From NCBI GenBank assembly GCA_040954595.2, contig CM082589.2, positions 9,064,894 to 9,128,893 on the forward strand: 64,000 nt of DNA, written 5' to 3'. Position numbers and translations under genes: made by a program. The notes below the pieces were generated by a model that was not told the DNA's origin, made no database searches, and worked only from the letters and a program-made list of their open reading frames with translations. The stretch is from Balanoglossus misakiensis (taxonomy: Eukaryota > Animalia > Hemichordata). Shown piece by piece: positions 62,210 through 64,000 of the stretch (position 1 is the stretch's first letter; each line of letters starts with the position of its first letter).

Positions 62210-64000
62210 ACTAAAAGGTCATCCCAAGGTTACCCAAAAATTTGTCAAAAATTTGGTCCCATACTGGTCCCAGCTTCCCTTCTGCCACTATTGGTCAGCG
62301 TAAAATTTAATGTGGTAAGGTGTCTGACAACATGAGTAAAGCGGTATCTGTCCTGGATGCCGAGATTTGTAAAATTAGGTCAAAGTTCACAAAAAAATTG
62401 CTCCAAAATATTTTGATGCCATACTGGTCCATGCCCAACTGAAACGGAACTGCTAGCTGTGTTGGTTAGCCTGGAATTAGGTATGTGCATAATTAATGAG
62501 GTTAAGAAGGTGTCACAGATTAACCCAAAATTTAGCTTTTCATTTTTGTCCCATCCCTCAAAAAACAAAGGATGTAACTCCTGTAAAGGTCAGGTCAGGT
62601 CACCCTAAATTTTGGCAAAAGATTGTGACCCCATATTGGTCCATGTTCAACAAAAACCAGACCTCTATTCCATTTGGTAGGCCTGGAATCAGGTATGCAC
62701 GTAATTAATGAGTCAAGCAGGTGTCACAGGTGACCCCAAAATTTGCCTTTTAATTTTGATCCCATCCCTCGAAAGGACAAGGCTGTAGCTACTGTTGGTG
62801 CCGAGATATGGTAAAGTAGGTTAAAAGTCACCCCGGTTCATCCAAAATTTGGGCAAAAACTTTTGAATTCAACAAAAACACACCTCTAGCCCTATTGGTT
62901 CGCTTGGAATTATATATGTAAATAATTAATGGGGTAAATTGTGGGATTCGGTGAGGTGTTCCATCCCTCCAAATGCTAAGCCTGTACCTGCAGTGGATGC
63001 CAAGATATGAGAAAGTAGGTAAAAGGTCACTGAGGTCACCCAAAATTCTTTGACCAAATACTGGTCCATGTCCAAAAAAAACAAAAACTCTAGATCTATT
63101 TGTTCGTCTGTAATTAGGTATGCGCATACTTAATGAGTTAAGCAGGTGTCACAGGTGACCCAAAACTTTGGCTTTTCATTATGGCCCCATACCTCCAAAC
63201 GCCAAGGCTGTATCTGCTGTGGATGTCGAGATATGCAAAAGTAGGTCAAAGGTCACCCGAGGTCATCCAACATTTAGGCAAAATATTTTGACCCCATACT
63301 GATCCATGTCCAAAAAAAACAAACCTCTAGGTCATTTGGTTCATCTGTAATTAGGTATGCGCATATTTAATGAGGTCAGCAGAGGTCAAAGGGGTCATGA
63401 AAAGTAGCAAAAATTTTTGATCACATACAAAACCACATACATCAAAAACCAAACTTATAGCCCTATTGGTTAGCCTGGAATTAGATATGCAGAAAAATGA
63501 TGCGTCAAAAGTAGGTCAAAGGTCATTGCCAAAATTACCAAAATATTTATAGCTTATTCTTGTCATATGATGATTCATATCCATAAAAAGAATTTCTGTG
63601 CTATCAATTTTTAGGCTAGAAACGGAATTTTTACTTTTTAATCGTTGTTCACAAAATCCAATATGGCCGCCAAAATCTTCGACCAATCACACTGATCTTC
63701 GCAAACTTGATAGACATCTGTTTAATGACCACACACACCAAATCTTGTGACTCGGTTATCGCCGGTTCTTGAGAAGAAGATTTTTGTAATTTTACTAGGG
63801 TTTTTCGAAAATCCAATATGGCCGCCATAATCTTCGACCAATCACAATGATCTTCGCAAACTTGATAGACCTCAGTTTGGTGACCACATACCTCAAACCG
63901 CGTGACTCGGTTATCGCCGGTTCTGGAGAAGAAGATTTTTGAAAGTTTGACCAGATTTCAGAAAAACAACTGTAGCAAAAAAACTGCAACATTGACAGCA
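62210..64000 (-). repeat. Diverged 237-bp subrepeats grading into a canonical HINE body
   Basis: Degenerate copies at 62210-63120 are followed by canonical sequence sharing private variants with the 29896-31554 unit (GTTGTTCAC, GCCAAAATC, CAAAACCAC). Confidence 0.85.

Larger units (their letters stand above)
42619..64000. mobile_element. Putative autonomous Helentron (Helitron2/HLE2), running off the right edge of the window
   Basis: Begins with the family hairpin/subTIR end at 42619 and is unit-like to ~43650. A unique core with the RepHel-EN ORF follows, and unit-like sequence resumes at ~62210. The head end is not in the window, so boundaries are inferred. Confidence 0.7.

Overview
This is eukaryotic, AT-rich, probably invertebrate genomic DNA made entirely of transposon-derived sequence; I see no host gene. 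(1) About 1-43.6 kb and 62.2-64 kb is an array of ~1.4-1.9 kb non-autonomous Helentron/HINE-like units. Each unit has a palindromic head, a (TTTC)n tract, 155-bp and 237-bp subrepeats, and a subterminal inverted repeat plus hairpin at the end. The array is not a simple satellite. Heads occur in stacks (6 at 25989-26310, 4 at 26354-26575) followed by headless bodies whose subtypes match the heads in last-in-first-out order, which points to Russian-doll self-insertion. An ~8-kb inverted nested block and several segmental duplications are superimposed. (2) An intact ISL2EU-type (PIF/Harbinger superfamily) DNA transposon sits at 34963-40391 with 479-bp TIRs. Each TIR carries the same predicted first coding exon (MAAKM + GTGAGT), which splices in phase to a THAP-DDE transposase (+) on one side and a SAP/SWIM/YqaJ nuclease (-) on the other. 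(3) An intact Helentron ORF (OTU-Rep-PIF1 helicase-AP endonuclease, ~2505 aa) lies at 47966-55483, embedded between partial array units. Upstream of it is a 205-bp tandem repeat; downstream are four ~965-bp repeats, each holding a ~160-nt G:U-rich rod-like RNA hairpin. All calls come from manual reading; no searches or folding programs were run.
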